From contig CP158636.1 of assembly GCA_050273025.1 (NCBI GenBank), positions 3,038,001 through 3,102,000 of the forward strand: 64,000 nt of DNA, in the 5' to 3' direction. The stretch is from Cenococcum geophilum. Lineage: Eukaryota. A program made the translations under genes and the position numbers. Of the stretch, positions 25,301 to 37,180 are shown piece after piece. The notes beneath the pieces are model-generated. The model ran no database searches. It was not told where the DNA came from and saw only the letters and a program-made list of their open reading frames with translations. Numbering within the stretch: position 1 is the stretch's first letter; every line of letters starts with the position of its first letter.

Positions 25301-27909
25301 AGTATTAGGTACGGAGTTAGTGTTAGATTTAGGTTCGGGTTCTTTAAAAATCCTTTTTATAGTAGAATGCTAGTCCTTCTAGTATTTTTATGTATTAAGC
25401 TTAAGCTTCTACTTGGCTTAGGGCGATATAGTAGTTAGAATTAGTTTATAAGGTTTAGTAAAATTTCTAGGTCCTTAGTAGATATTGGTAAAAGTTTTAT
25501 ATTAGTGGAATTTGGTAGAATTCCTAGGTTAGTAGAATCTAGTAAATTCTTTAGGCGTAGGGTAGGCATTGGTGGAAATCTTAGGCTAATAAATTTTAGT
25601 AGGTTTCCTAGATTTTAGTTCGGGGTTAGGGTAGTACGTTATAAGGCACTTCTACTTATAATAGGAGGCGGTAAATAGAAGCTTAGGGTTGTTCTAATTA
25701 ATGGTTACCTTATATAGCTTTATCTAGGGTTGTCCGAGGATTATAGGGTGACCTAAGGTAGTAATAAAAAGCTTAATTAGTTCTTCGTGGTTTAGGTATC
25801 GGAGTCTTAGGTATACTATATAGGTAATTCGGCCTAAGACTATGCGTTTGCTATTAAATCTAAATATATTAATATGCCGGTTAAGGGGGGTTAGGGTAAA
25901 ACTATTATCTTACGCGAAGATCTTATTAATAAATCCTATGCCACTAGCTCCTATATTAATTAGGACTTAAGTATTAGCCTATTAATTATTCTACTAAAGA
26001 CAATAGTTAATAGTTATACTACGATCCTAAGAGTTAGAGTTCGTGATATCTAAAGCGTTTAACGAGATCCTAAGGCAGAGCCGTCCCGGAGAGCAACTTA
26101 ACTCTAAAATATACCTTTTAGTAGCGAGCGGGAAGGGGTTCCTATAGAATGTCGGTTATAGCTTCGCCCTTATAAGTAGTGCTTACTAAATATAGGGCTG
26201 GAACTAGGTAAAGATTAGGGGCAGTAACCGGAAGATTAATGCGGTGAACGGTTACTAGTATTAGCCGTTTATAAATTGTTTTAGGGCGTAGGTAAGGGGA
26301 CGAGATAATATTTTAAGATATAGTCCTTACTTCCATACTTAAAGTAAAGGCCTAGCTTAATACGTCTTTCTTATTTAGGGGACCCTAGTAGGGCGTACTC
26401 TAGGGTTCTAGTATTAATATCTATGGCGTTGGGGTGCTTAGGCTAGGATGACTTAGTGGACGTTTATATGGCTATTGTATTGTATTAAGGAGCGTGTTTT
26501 GGTATTAGGCGTAGTATATTATTTTACTGTTTATTAATAACGTTTGCGCAGGCATTAAGGGCTCCTAGTAGGTCTATGCCTATTAGGGAGGTTTTTAGTT
26601 TAGGGCTTAAAGATTTAATAAGGCTGTTAATTAGTGCGGAGTCGTTCTAGCCTATTTCCCTTACGTAACGGTTAAATTCGGAGAAGTATATTGGGAAACT
26701 TTTTGTTCCTTAAGCTATGTAGTTTATCTTTCTCTAGGTAGTAGCTTAGCGGTTTAGGTTACTATATAAGGCTTTAAGAAGTACAACTAGGCTTTATACT
26801 AAGGTTAGCTAAAGAGGTTTAATAAGGTTAGCTGCCTCTCCTCCTAGTTAACTTAGGGCGTAATAGAGTTAGTTAGCTTTGGTTAGGTAATAGTTAGCGT
26901 TACCAGTTAGCTTATTTTTAAGCTAGCTTAGGAATAATTAGAGTTCTTATTATTTACTAGTAAATTCCGGGGGATCTAGTAGTCGTTCGGATTATTTTAG
27001 TATAGTAGTTAGTTTAAGGTGGACAGCTACTATAGGTTTAGGGCTTACGTTCCGCGTGTTTATCTCTAGAGATAGTGTTTAGTCTTAAGGCCCTAGCGTA
27101 GGCGTCTTAAGTATGCGGATTTCTTCTTGGAGGTCCTTAATTAATCGCTAGTATTATGCTTCTTATTCGGCTTATTATTAATTTAAAGTAGCTTAGTTTT
27201 GTGCGAGGGTATTTATAAAAGACTTCTATATTTCTACTAGTTGTTCTTAGAGTACGGATATAATACTAGCGGCCGTTATAGAGGCTTTAGGGTCGTTTAT
27301 ATTTTAGAGGTGGTATATAAAGTTAACGTAATATAGTGTTATAGAGTAAGTATAAGCGGCGATAATATATAGCAAGGTAGATATTATTAAGCTATATATA
27401 TAAACTATGTAAGGAGTTAAGACGTTATATAAGGAAAGAAGGTAGGGAAACGGGAAGAAAGGGCATATATTATTAACTTAGTTACTTGGTTAATATATAT
27501 ATAGGGTAAAATATAGTTTAGGTTGTAGTCCTAGCAGAACTTAGCAGAATTTAGTGGAACTTAGTAGAATATAGCAGAATGCCGTAGATTGCCGTTAGAT
27601 TACCATTAGATTGCCGTTAGATTGCTATTTCGCGGTTGGTCTCTAATTACTAAGTTAGTAAAAATAGGTAGACGTGTGCAAGGTGTTACGGGGGTATCCC
27701 GTAACAGTTAGCTTAGTTGCTTAGTTAATATATATATAAAGCAGAATAGGATTTAGGTAGTAGTTTTAGTAGAACTTAGCGGAATATAGCAGAATATAGT
27801 AGATTACTATCGGATTGCCGCAAATTGCCATCTTGTGGTTAGTCTTTAGTTGCTAAGTTAGTAGAAACAGGTAGATATATATAAGGTGTTACGGGGGTAT
27901 CCCGTAACA
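22316..27909 (-). mobile_element. RIP-degenerate Ty3/Gypsy (chromovirus-like) element with 5' LTR 27408-27909; 3' end lost
   Basis: Minus strand: gag, protease, RT ([38 protein letters not shown]), RNase H (CNYEIYNKELLAI), integrase (MIISDKGS*FIS), and a DPPLLVKVDNKNKY pre-chromodomain segment at ~22320-22355 where the Tc1 sits. LTR reads TGTTA...CTTACA. Confidence 0.92.
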
Positions 27910-28314
27910 GTTTTAGAAGGTCCTTTTTAGCAAATAAAACGGCAATATTATCTATATAGAAGAAGATAATAAGGTGTTTATTAGTAAATAGGCAGTTAAT
28001 ACCTAGGATAGGTTTTAATCCAAATTTAGCTAGGGTACTAGTAAGCTCTTTATACTAAAGTAGTAGTAATATTTTTAATCCGAATAGTGCTATAAGTAGC
28101 TTTAGGATATATCTGTTTTAATTAAATCCTTTTAGGCAATAGCAGTAGACTAGTTTACTAAGTTTAGTGTTTATAAATACGTTTATAGCGTTATACTATT
28201 AAATTTCCAAATTAAATGCGGCTGCTATAGCTATAAAAGCACGGAATATTTAAGTAGCTAGGGTTGCTGTATAGGTCTCTTCTTTAGTAATCTACAAGTC
28301 TCCGTAGACGTATA

Positions 28315-29754
28315 CGTCAGGAAAACGGGAGGGTGGTAGGGGCTAGCTAGGGGCTAGCCCGGGGCTGGCCCGGGGTCATTTTAGCTGGATCCGCTGATCT
28401 GCTCATGTACACTTATTTACGCTAGCCCGGGGCTAGCCCGGGGCCATATTAGCAACATTAGCACATTTTATACGTTTTGTACGTTTTATACATTTTATAC
28501 GTTTTATATATTTTATATAATATTTCCTATAGCTGCAATATGTATAATTATAATAAAATTCAAAATTCAAAATTCAAAAATTCAAAATTTAAAATTAATA
28601 GTAGCTATAAGGGATATCTCTCGCAGAGTCTCCAAATCGTCAATTGGCGGCGTTCCCGATGATCCGCCGGCCATGTACTGATTTCCTAACTAGGCCTAGT
28701 GCCTGTCCTACCTGTCCTGCCTGTCCTACCTGTCCTACCTGTCCTACCTGTCCTACCTGTCCTACCTGTCCTACCTGTCCTACCTGTCCTACCTGTCCTA
28801 CCTGTCCTACCTGTCCTACCTGTCCTACCTGTCCTACCTGTCCTACCGTCTGACCGTCCTACTTGTTCGTGCCTACCTGTCTGTGCCTGCCGGTCGTGCC
28901 TACTTGTCTATGCCTACCTGTCTGTATCTGTAATTCGGGGGAGAGGTCGGCCCGATCGAAGGCTCTGCTTGATTTGATTGCGATTAATTATATTGATTCG
29001 AATCGTTCTCTCTGGGCGTTCGCTGGCTGTACGTTTGAACGGTGGTCGTCTGGGGTGCCTCCCTAAGAGGCCTTGATTCGATTTGATTTGGTAATAGGAT
29101 GATATCGAGGCTCTAGTTCGATTCGATCGATCGATTGAATTGATCGTGGTGTTTGCTGGCTGGTCGTTTAAACGATTATCGTCTGGCTCTGGCGGCGGTC
29201 GTCTGGTTCTGGCGACGGTCGTCTGGTTCTGGCGACGGTCGTCTGGTTCTGGTGACAGTCCTCTAGCTACCGTTCTGGTGCCTCCCTAAGTAGGGAGGAT
29301 GTAAGGAAGGAAGGAAGGGTAAAGGTGGCATTTAGGTGTACAAGGGGTATGCAAAGGCACGTGTAGAGGCTGTCGGGAATATAGCGGGGACCCGATGGTA
29401 CTTCGGACGATTTAGATGATAAGGAAAATTAAAGTCCTGCTAGGAGCCTGCTAGGAAGCCTGCTAGGAGCCTGCCCGGAGGCCTTTAGGATTTTAATACC
29501 CTAATAGCAATAAATACAATAATAGTAATAATATTTATTTTATAGCTATAAGCTAGCATAGTGCTAGCGTATAGCTCTAAGGCTTAGCTAATATGGCTAA
29601 AAGCTAGCCCTAGGCTAGGGGGGGTCAGCTAATATGGCTAAAAGCTGGCCCTGGGCTAGGGGGGGTTGGCTAATATGGCGGAAAGCTAGCCCCGGGCCCT
29701 AAAAACACTTTTAGCGAAACCAAATTTCCTGCGCCACTTCCCGTTTTCCTGACG
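28315..29754. mobile_element. Non-coding TIR element (1440 bp) with TA duplication; Tc1/mariner-pogo superfamily non-autonomous element
   Basis: 16-bp perfect TIR CGTCAGGAAAACGGGA; TA at 28313-28314 and 29755-29756; excision restores the copia RT KARLCVRGD-like motif; GGGGCTAGCCC subterminal repeats at both ends. Confidence 0.9.
28702..28847. repeat. (CCTGTCCTA)n minisatellite, about 16 copies
   Basis: Direct reading; near-perfect 9-bp period. Confidence 0.97.
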
Positions 29755-30516
29755 TAGTTAAGCCTTTAGCTTCTATAGGTAGCCGTTACTATTAAGCTTA
29801 TATTTAAAGACCTATTTTAGTATAAAGATTTGCTTATTACTTGCCTCTTCCTTTAGTATGGTTTTAAATATCCGTCGGCGTTTTAGGTCATTATATTCTT
29901 TTTCTATAGCCTTTTAAAAGCTAGTAGTTAAAGGATACTTTCTTGGTTTTTTAAGATTCTTTAGTTTAGGAGGAAGATTATCCTAATATAGAGATAAGGA
30001 TCTAGTTCAGTTAATATCCTTTACTAGTCCTATAGCAAATTCAGCATAGTAACCAAATAGGGTAGATAGATTGGCTAGTGCTGTTATATACGCTTAACGT
30101 TAAATTTGTTTAAATCTTTCTAGTAGGATAAAGTTGGCAAAAAGTTTAGTGGAGACTTCGTTAGCTTATAGAGCGGCATTTAACAGTTCTAGTAAACTGC
30201 TTAGCTAGGTAGAAATTACTTTAATTATATCCAAGATATCGTCTTAAAGTCCTTATACTAAGGTATTTAATTCTAGTAAATCTAGAGACACCGTTCTACT
30301 AGAAGTTAGTAACTGTTTAATATTCTTTATAGAAAGCTCTGCTAAATTGTTTAATTTAGGAGTAGCCGTTTAATCTATATTTAAAGCAGATCTTTAATCT
30401 ATATATAGGATAGATTCCTCCTTAGATTTGTCCTTATAGAGAGGTTCTAGTAGACTAGTTATTTAAAGAATATCTTTTAATATATCTTTTAGTAGGTAGT
30501 TAATATTCTAACCCTT

Positions 30517-30773
30517 TATAAGGCAGTATTGCCAGGGTATACGGTAGGGAGTAGGCAAGCCGAGCATGAGTCACATAGGGAGTCGATAGAAGAGGACGAT
30601 ATGGTAATGAGGGTAGGCAATAGCCTCGTACTGAGACGAACCGATGAGGAGGGAAGGGCTGCAAGCCTGAGGTGCTTATAAGGAGGTGCTAAGGGCTAGC
30701 CGAAGGCTAGCCTTGGCGACCCCTAAGAGCCCCTAGGCGATGCAGCCGAGTAAGGGCCAAAATAACCCTTACA
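30517..30773. mobile_element. Solo LTR (257 bp)
   Basis: TATAAGG (RIP of TGTAAGG)...CCTTACA; TSD CCCTT at 30512-30516 and 30774-30778; absent from the homologous site in copia B (~40575). Confidence 0.9.
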
Positions 30774-30951
30774 CCCTTAGGGTTATAGAACGAGTTCTTA
30801 TTAAATATAACGTCTTTAGTTTAAATAACCTTATAGAGACTTAGAATCTAAATACAATAAATATTAGTTAAATTATAGCCGACTAGATATCTAATTAGTG
30901 CATAAGGAGCTAGCTTGTCTCCCCTTTTAATTCGTTTATCTAGCGTATAGG

Positions 30952-31074
30952 TATTAGGTGATTTGTCACCTCGCCTATATATATTATTCCGCATAGCCGT
31001 GCCTGGCGTCAAGCCAGTCACTCGCTTACCTTTTGGTTTATATGGCTGAGTGGTGCGGAGCTTATCACCTTATA
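30952..31074. mobile_element. Very short solo LTR-like insert (123 bp)
   Basis: Ends TATTAGGTGAT...ATCACCTTATA (11-bp inverted, RIP-altered TG..CA); TSD ATAGG at 30947-30951 and 31075-31079. Confidence 0.85.
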
Positions 31075-31752
31075 ATAGGTCTTATAACCGTATATATATA
31101 TATAGGTAAGAGATAGCATCTTGCTGTAGGCAATTTTATACAGAGTTTTCCATCCTAGTTACTTATTTAGTGTTTAATTAAGTGTATAACTGGCGGCAAG
31201 GGAAGCTTCTAGTCCTAAAAATAGGGGTAAGGATGCTTTTAGCTATATAGCCCTTAATCGTTCTATAAGGGTTTGTCTAGATTATTTAGCTTTACTATTT
31301 TATTCTTTAATATACGGTACTCGACACTTAAAGGTAATGCCTTTATCTACACACTACGTTTATAGTATATCTTCGGTTTGTCTAAATGCACATTTATTAT
31401 CACTCTAAAAGAAGATAACGTCTTAGTGGAATCGTATTCTAATTAATCGGTAAGTCTTACGAATGGTAAGTAGGACAGTAGCTTTATCCTTATTCTTAGC
31501 GGTAAATATAAAGTTAAATTTAGAATACGTGTAATAGAAATATATAATATATCTATCGCTGTTATATCCTAGTTCTCTAAGGCTAATAATATTAAATGCT
31601 AGCCGTTTAAATGGTTAAGTGGCTAGAAATTTATATTGTTATCTCCAAGAGATTTATTATATATGCTTTACTATTAAGCAAACTTCACATTCAATTTTAA
31701 GCGGTGCTCGTTTAGTAGTAGATAGTTCGGTTAGCACTGCACTATTAACTTA

Positions 31753-31935
31753 TATAAGCTTTGCAGTGTGTGGAAATTAAACAAGTAACTTGATTGTAAA
31801 TCTATGGAAATTAAGTGATATAAATACATAAAAGTAGACCGAGTTGGTAAGCGAGTTAAGGGCTAGGCAACTAAAATAAGGTAGTACGCTAGTAAGACAA
31901 ATGACGTTTTGACATGGTACTGGTAGTCGGTTACA
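31753..31935 (-). mobile_element. Solo LTR (183 bp) of a copia subfamily related to copia A/B
   Basis: Minus strand begins TGTAACCGACTACC like the A/B LTRs and ends ACTGCAAAGCTTATA; TSD ACTTA at 31748-31752 and 31936-31940. Confidence 0.9.
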
Positions 31936-33370
31936 ACTTACTTAGGAAGCTACTTAATAGTATTAGGTCCTATATGGCCGAGTATTTTATACCATTTAGT
32001 AGCTATAGCTCCGACTAGTTTACGGGCCATTTGGCTAGGCTAGAATCTCTTAAAGGTTAAGAATATTAATTAAGTCGAGTTTAGGGTATTTGTAGGCTTT
32101 CTATGCATTAGTGCCTAGTGGCCCCCTAGTCGTTTCGCATAGCAGACTATTTCGCTAGTTGCTAGACAGTATAGTAAGTTTCGTCCTAAGTTAAAATGGA
32201 TATCGTTATTAGTAGCTCTTAATAGTACTATATAGGATAGCTTCAATTTTGACTTCCCAGTAGGTATATTAATAGTAATGGTTACTATTCCGTAGGCTTA
32301 AATCTTTTGAAATTTCCGCTAGTAATTAGGTAGTCGTCTTCTACCGCTAGGTAGGAAAAGGTAAAGTCTTCTTCGTTGTTGTAGACGTGCGTATCTGCGC
32401 CAGGGTTGAGTATCTAGGTGTTCTGGAGTTCGAATGGAGTTTAACCAGTACTAAACACGGCAGTATGGCAGGTTGGGGTTATAGAAGCTAGGTTTTTAGA
32501 ATTAAAATTAATTCTATATTCTATATTCTTCTAATTATTTTTTGCTTTCTATTTTTCTTTTTAAATCTAATTAACCATACGTTTAACCCAAGGTAGAGAT
32601 AAGATCTTTTCTTCTATCTTCTTCTAGACGTCTAGCCTTGGTTTCCATCCTTAAGGGCGCTTCTACTTAGCAATGTAGTAGCAGTTGCTGTATCGATGCT
32701 TAAGGCCGCATATGCATTTCTTATGCCATTTTTAATCGGAATTAGAATTGCTGTTGGAATTGTTTTAAAGCGTTGCAAAGGCAGAGTTATTGGCAGTAGT
32801 AGTAGAGGATACTTGCTACATGCGGTAGTGCTCCTTAAATTCCCCAATTAGATCAATAATGGATGGGGCAGCTTTATCCTTCCATTCTTTACGAATAAGA
32901 TCTACTTCTAGGGCTCCTGCGAAGCTAGAAGAGGTAGGCTTAATTACTTAAACAAAATCGTAGTGTGGCCTAAATCCTTGTATATCCGGTAGCTCTAATT
33001 ACTCCGCAAGCTTATAGACGTTCCACTAGCCGTTTAACCATTTATCGATGCTCTGCTTTTTATTGTAGGCTTTTAGGGCTGTGTATTAATTAAGGACGTC
33101 ATGCTTTCGACCTAAGGTGGTAGGGGCTAGTGCAGTCTTCAATGCCTAAAGCCGTTTGTGTACCATGTTGAGGCCGTCGATAAGTGGAAGGTAGGCTACC
33201 GATATAGTGCGAACGATGTAGTTGCTGATATCGTTTATAGCCTGTTTTCGCTTCTCGTGTATGCGGAGATTGTCTTTGTATTCGGCGTAGAGTTGATTAT
33301 AGGTAGTGAGCTTAATTTGGTCCAGTTAAGCTATCGATGTAGCATTAGGAAGTACGTCCGCTGGTATAGG

Positions 33371-34194
33371 CAGGCTTGCCAATCATTCAACGAGGCTTCA
33401 ATATTGAATTGAATTGAATGCCAAGACTCAATCAATTCAATCAACTGAGAGCTCGCGGGCTTGGCAACGCATTCAATCTGGAGGTCCTAATTGAATTGAG
33501 TTGATTGAAAATATTGAAGCTTTTAATATTATATAGAAATATACTAAAGCTCATGTGAAGTGATGCTGTCGACCTGAATCGGATTTTGCCACCTTGACTC
33601 GGTCACCGACTCAGTCAACCACGTGTATATATAGCCTCATTTTCTTCATAGATCAATCTTCACACGAGTTTTACTTTCCTGACATTTGCGCACGGACCTA
33701 CAATTGACAGATGCCCTAAACCTTATTTTTCTTAGTTTTCCTCACCAAATTTTTTTTATCCGAGTATCACCCGTTATTTACACCGTCATATCGCCGCCAA
33801 AGTCTGGGCAGGCAGGGTTTTGCTACCAATATCAACTCGAATTAATGACGATCCCACCAATATCGTTAGACCCCGAACGTATATTTAGCCCCAAAGGCTT
33901 GATATAATTGAGGCTTCAATGGTGGTAGGATCGTGGGACAAGGAAGGCATAGTTGATATAGTAGATGAGCAGTTAAAGCGCCCGCAGGACGGAACCAGAT
34001 ATACACGGCAGGAAGGTAACTCAACACCATGCCAAGACTCGTGATAGTTACTAACTACTACGCCAGTTGAATTTAGTTGCAACCGTTGCAATATTGATTC
34101 AATCAATTCAATCAATTGAACCCTCTGCTGACAAAGCTTTCAATTCAACCAACTCGAGGCGTCATTGAATTGAATTGAATGATTGGCAAGCCTG
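33371..34194 (+). mobile_element. Non-autonomous hAT deletion derivative (824 bp)
   Basis: Perfect 20-bp TIR CAGGCTTGCCAATCATTCAA; 8-bp TSD GGTATAGG; many TTGAA/TTCAA subterminal motifs; residual hAT dimerisation motif LMTIPPISLDPERIFS. Confidence 0.94.
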
Positions 34195-35299
34195 GGTATA
34201 GGTCGATTCGGTGGTTCCAGCTTTGGAAGCTCGTCTTTCTTCTTGGATGGGTCGATATACTGCCATACCTCGTTGGTTTTGGCAGTGTCTTGAATAATAA
34301 AGAACCATTGAATCCAATTAGATGGCTTGTCGAGGATGAGGTTAATTTTTAATTCGGTAGAGGTCATCATTTTTAGAATTTAACAGGTCAGGTCAGGGTC
34401 CAGTTAGCGTCTTGGCGAAACCTTATTTTGACGTTTCGAACTTTTGATTTGATTCGTCAGTTCGTTCGTCGGTCGGGTACGTCCGTCGACTGGGGTCGAT
34501 CGTCCGTTCGTTTGATAGGTGAAGAAGCTCGAGACTCTTGCAAAGGTGGTAGAAGTAGTGACTTCTTGAATGAGGTAGTAGGTTGATTGCTCAGCAGGTA
34601 GTGCGATCCGGGCTCATAACCGTAAGCTTTGCAGTGTAGGTATTGAACGAGCGACTGGATTGTGAATGTAGCTCTCTCTATATATACACGAGGTAGGGGG
34701 CAATAAGATGACGACGATGATCCGCAATAGCCACTGTAGACAGCGCCACTCAGTCGGTGATAGGTAATAGAAATAGGTAATGGAAATAAGTAGTGAGACA
34801 TGCGATGGCAAGAAGTAGGGTGGTGAGTCATAAGGTAGCGCAAGCTTTGGTACCGGTAGTCGGTTACAGTACTCCCTAAGGCTTATACTAGCTCTAAGAC
34901 TAAAAGAATACGGCAAGAGCGTGGAGGACCTCCTTTATAAGAACTTATTAAGGTTAATATATTATAAACACCTTATATAAAACTTATTAAGGCCCTAAAA
35001 CTACTATAAAGGACTTATTAAAGCCCCTCTATAAGGGCCTATCCGGTATATTTAGGTAACTTAGAAAAGGGTCCTAATAGACATAGTACCCGCGACCTAA
35101 ATAACAGCAATAGCGATATAATAGCGACTAAATGGCTTAATAAGGTAGGTTACTATAGATAGCAATATGGGTAAAACTCTATGCAGCGGAAATATACACT
35201 AGCTTTAATAGCCCTATAGTGTTAAAGGCGACTTATAAAAGGGTCTTAATAGATATAATATATGTAACTTAATATATATAGTGGAGGCTTTAAAGGAAA

Positions 35300-36130
35300 T
35301 ATAAGCTAGTTAGATAAGGACTTAATAGTTAAAGATATAGGCTAGCTTATAAAAAGGAGGGATATAAGCTTAGTTAGTAGAATAGAGTAGAATAAGTCGC
35401 CTAGTGGGATTTAGTCTATAACCTATTCTTTAAAATACAGTCGGCCTATTATAAGGAGAATTTTATAAGTAACGCGAAACGGGAACTAGTAGTATATAAG
35501 GTATTACGCCTCTATATTACTACTAACCCCCTATAAAGCGTAGTACATAGTAGCTACCACCAGCTTTAAAGATTTTACTTTTTAATTATATTCTAACCCC
35601 TAATATACCTAGTAGGTAAATAGGATTATATTTTAGCTAGAGAGATTACTATATAGCTTAAGAGAATAGATATGCGTATTAGTATATTAATAGATGGAAC
35701 CGTTTACTAGGATAGTATACTAGTAAAATATACTTAAGAAGCAAATAGAAGTTACTTAGATAAGAAAGTTTTTAGCTAGGCCTTAACTATAGAAAGTATA
35801 TAAGGTAATTAAAAGATCTAATAAAGCTACTAAAAACTAGAGTAGAGGCTTAGGTAAGTAGGTATATTAAACTCTACTATATTATTAGTACTATTAGCTA
35901 ATATATAACTACCTACTTAAAGCTAAATAGACTACCTGTTATAATTCTATATAAAGCCTATCCTATTATAAAAACCCTTCTATATAAAATCTATAGAGTT
36001 TTGCTTACCTTAGGCTATTAACTAAAGGTTTAAAGAGAAGCTTAGGGAATTATCCTCCCTAAAGTAAATAAGAAAGACTATTCCTTACAAAGTCCTATAG
36101 AATTATCTCCTTATTAAATTACTTAAGTAG
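35300..36130 (+). mobile_element. RIP-degenerate LINE ORF2 fragment (start of RT)
   Basis: REA*GIILPKVNKKDYS..SYRIISLLNYLS resembles Tad1-type W+EA...LPK..K.DYS..KSYR.ISLLNCLGK. Boundaries approximate. Confidence 0.75.
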
Positions 36131-36980
36131 TTTAGTCCTAGGCAGGAAATATTAGTAATCCACTTAAATACGATATAATTTACTATCTAACTATTATCCG
36201 AAGTTATATATATCTAATTAAGTACCTTATCCTAGTAAAACTATATTAATTAGGGGTACTTTCCTTTAAAGGTTAGGAGATGTCGAATTAACTAAGGGTA
36301 GAGACTGCCTCTACAATTAATACCTATTTTTAATTATTTGACGACTATATAAGAGTCTTCTTTTTAGAGGCGTCTCCTATAGCAATCGAGTTTATATATA
36401 CCCCTAATACGATACTAGAATTTGTCTATATTTTAGCTATTTTCTACTTATATATTAGCCTTCCTTTATACCCTCTTATAAAGGTTATAGAGGTCTTAAA
36501 TTTATACACTTTCTATTAATTGGGTGAGTAAGGATCTAATACAAGGATTCCGTTTAAAGTAGCTGGCTACTTATACGTTACTAAGGGGCTCGGTATCGCT
36601 GTTTTAATTAAAGATTCGGGCCGCCATTTCTTATAGTCGCATATGCAAGGGAGTAAATCCTTATAAGTCCTGTTCGAGTACCCAATTGGTAAGGAAGGCC
36701 CCCTGTATAGGAGTTAATCACTACTCGTGTCGGTGTACAAATGTTCGCGACAGCTTGCCGTTCAATCGATCGTTAAAAGTTAACGAAGAGACACCGTACG
36801 CGCGCGCAGCTTCACTGCCGAACTTAAATTTGCCAGATTTAAAATCAGTAATAGCTAATTGCAAGTTCTGCTCCTTTTGGTCTATATTGGTTGCGTAGAA
36901 ATTAAGGTAACAAGTTAGTGGTTATTTTGATTTAATGTCCGGGTTTAGAAAGTCCGAGTTCTAGGGGTCCGAGCTTACGT
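36130..36980 (-). mobile_element. Fot1/pogo-like DNA transposon 5' fragment
   Basis: Minus strand: EQNLQLAITDFKSGKFKFGSEAARAYGVSSLTFNDRLNG (psq-type HTH), then NWVLEQD..GFTP..RL*EMAARI..EPL (CENP-B-type HTH); terminus ACGTAAGCTCGGACC with CTCGGAC repeats. No partner TIR seen. Confidence 0.85.
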
Positions 36981-37078
36981 ATTTTAATATATATATATAT
37001 ATCGGTTAACGTTTATATAAAACGCTATTACTAAATGCTCAAATTCCATTTAAATTCCATTTTAAATAACTATAATTT

Positions 37079-37086
37079 AAAAAAAA
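37079..37086 (-). terminator. RNA polymerase III oligo-dT terminator
   Basis: T8 on the minus strand one base after the tRNA discriminator. Confidence 0.85.
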
Positions 37087-37087
37087 C

Positions 37088-37180
37088 CGGTAGAGCTGGG
37101 ATTTGAACCCAGGAGCCCGAAGGCATATGATATCGTGCGAAAATTCGAGTCATACCCATTAACCACTCTGGCACTCTACC
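37088..37180 (-). tRNA. tRNA-Ser(CGA) with 12-nt intron
   Basis: Acceptor GGTAGAG/CTCTACC with G discriminator; D arm CCA-GAGTGGTTAA-TGG; anticodon stem TATGA/TCATA with loop CT-CGA-A; intron TTTTCGCACGAT after position 37; long variable arm GCC-TTCG-GGC; T arm CTGGG-TTCAAAT-CCCAG. Confidence 0.96.

Larger units (their letters stand above)
27910..34868 (-). mobile_element. RIP-degenerate Ty1/Copia element A (5' LTR ~34622-34868), truncated in RT at the Gypsy LTR and carrying five nested insertions
   Basis: LTR starts TGTAACCGACTACC; PBS GGTTATGAGCC; gag MTSTELKINLILDKPSNWIQW; colinear with copia B (37426-45488); RT motif IIFFYIDNIAVLF at ~27940-27975. Confidence 0.92.

Noticed and set aside
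27380..27520. Self-priming signal for the large Gypsy
   Set aside because: Only a 7-nt AT-rich match (TAGTTTA), on the wrong side of the nearest TATA-like run; too weak after RIP.
28644..29066. Cys-rich (CPT)n metallothionein-like and (PVL)n ORFs
   Set aside because: Translations of the 9-bp minisatellite inside a non-coding TIR element.
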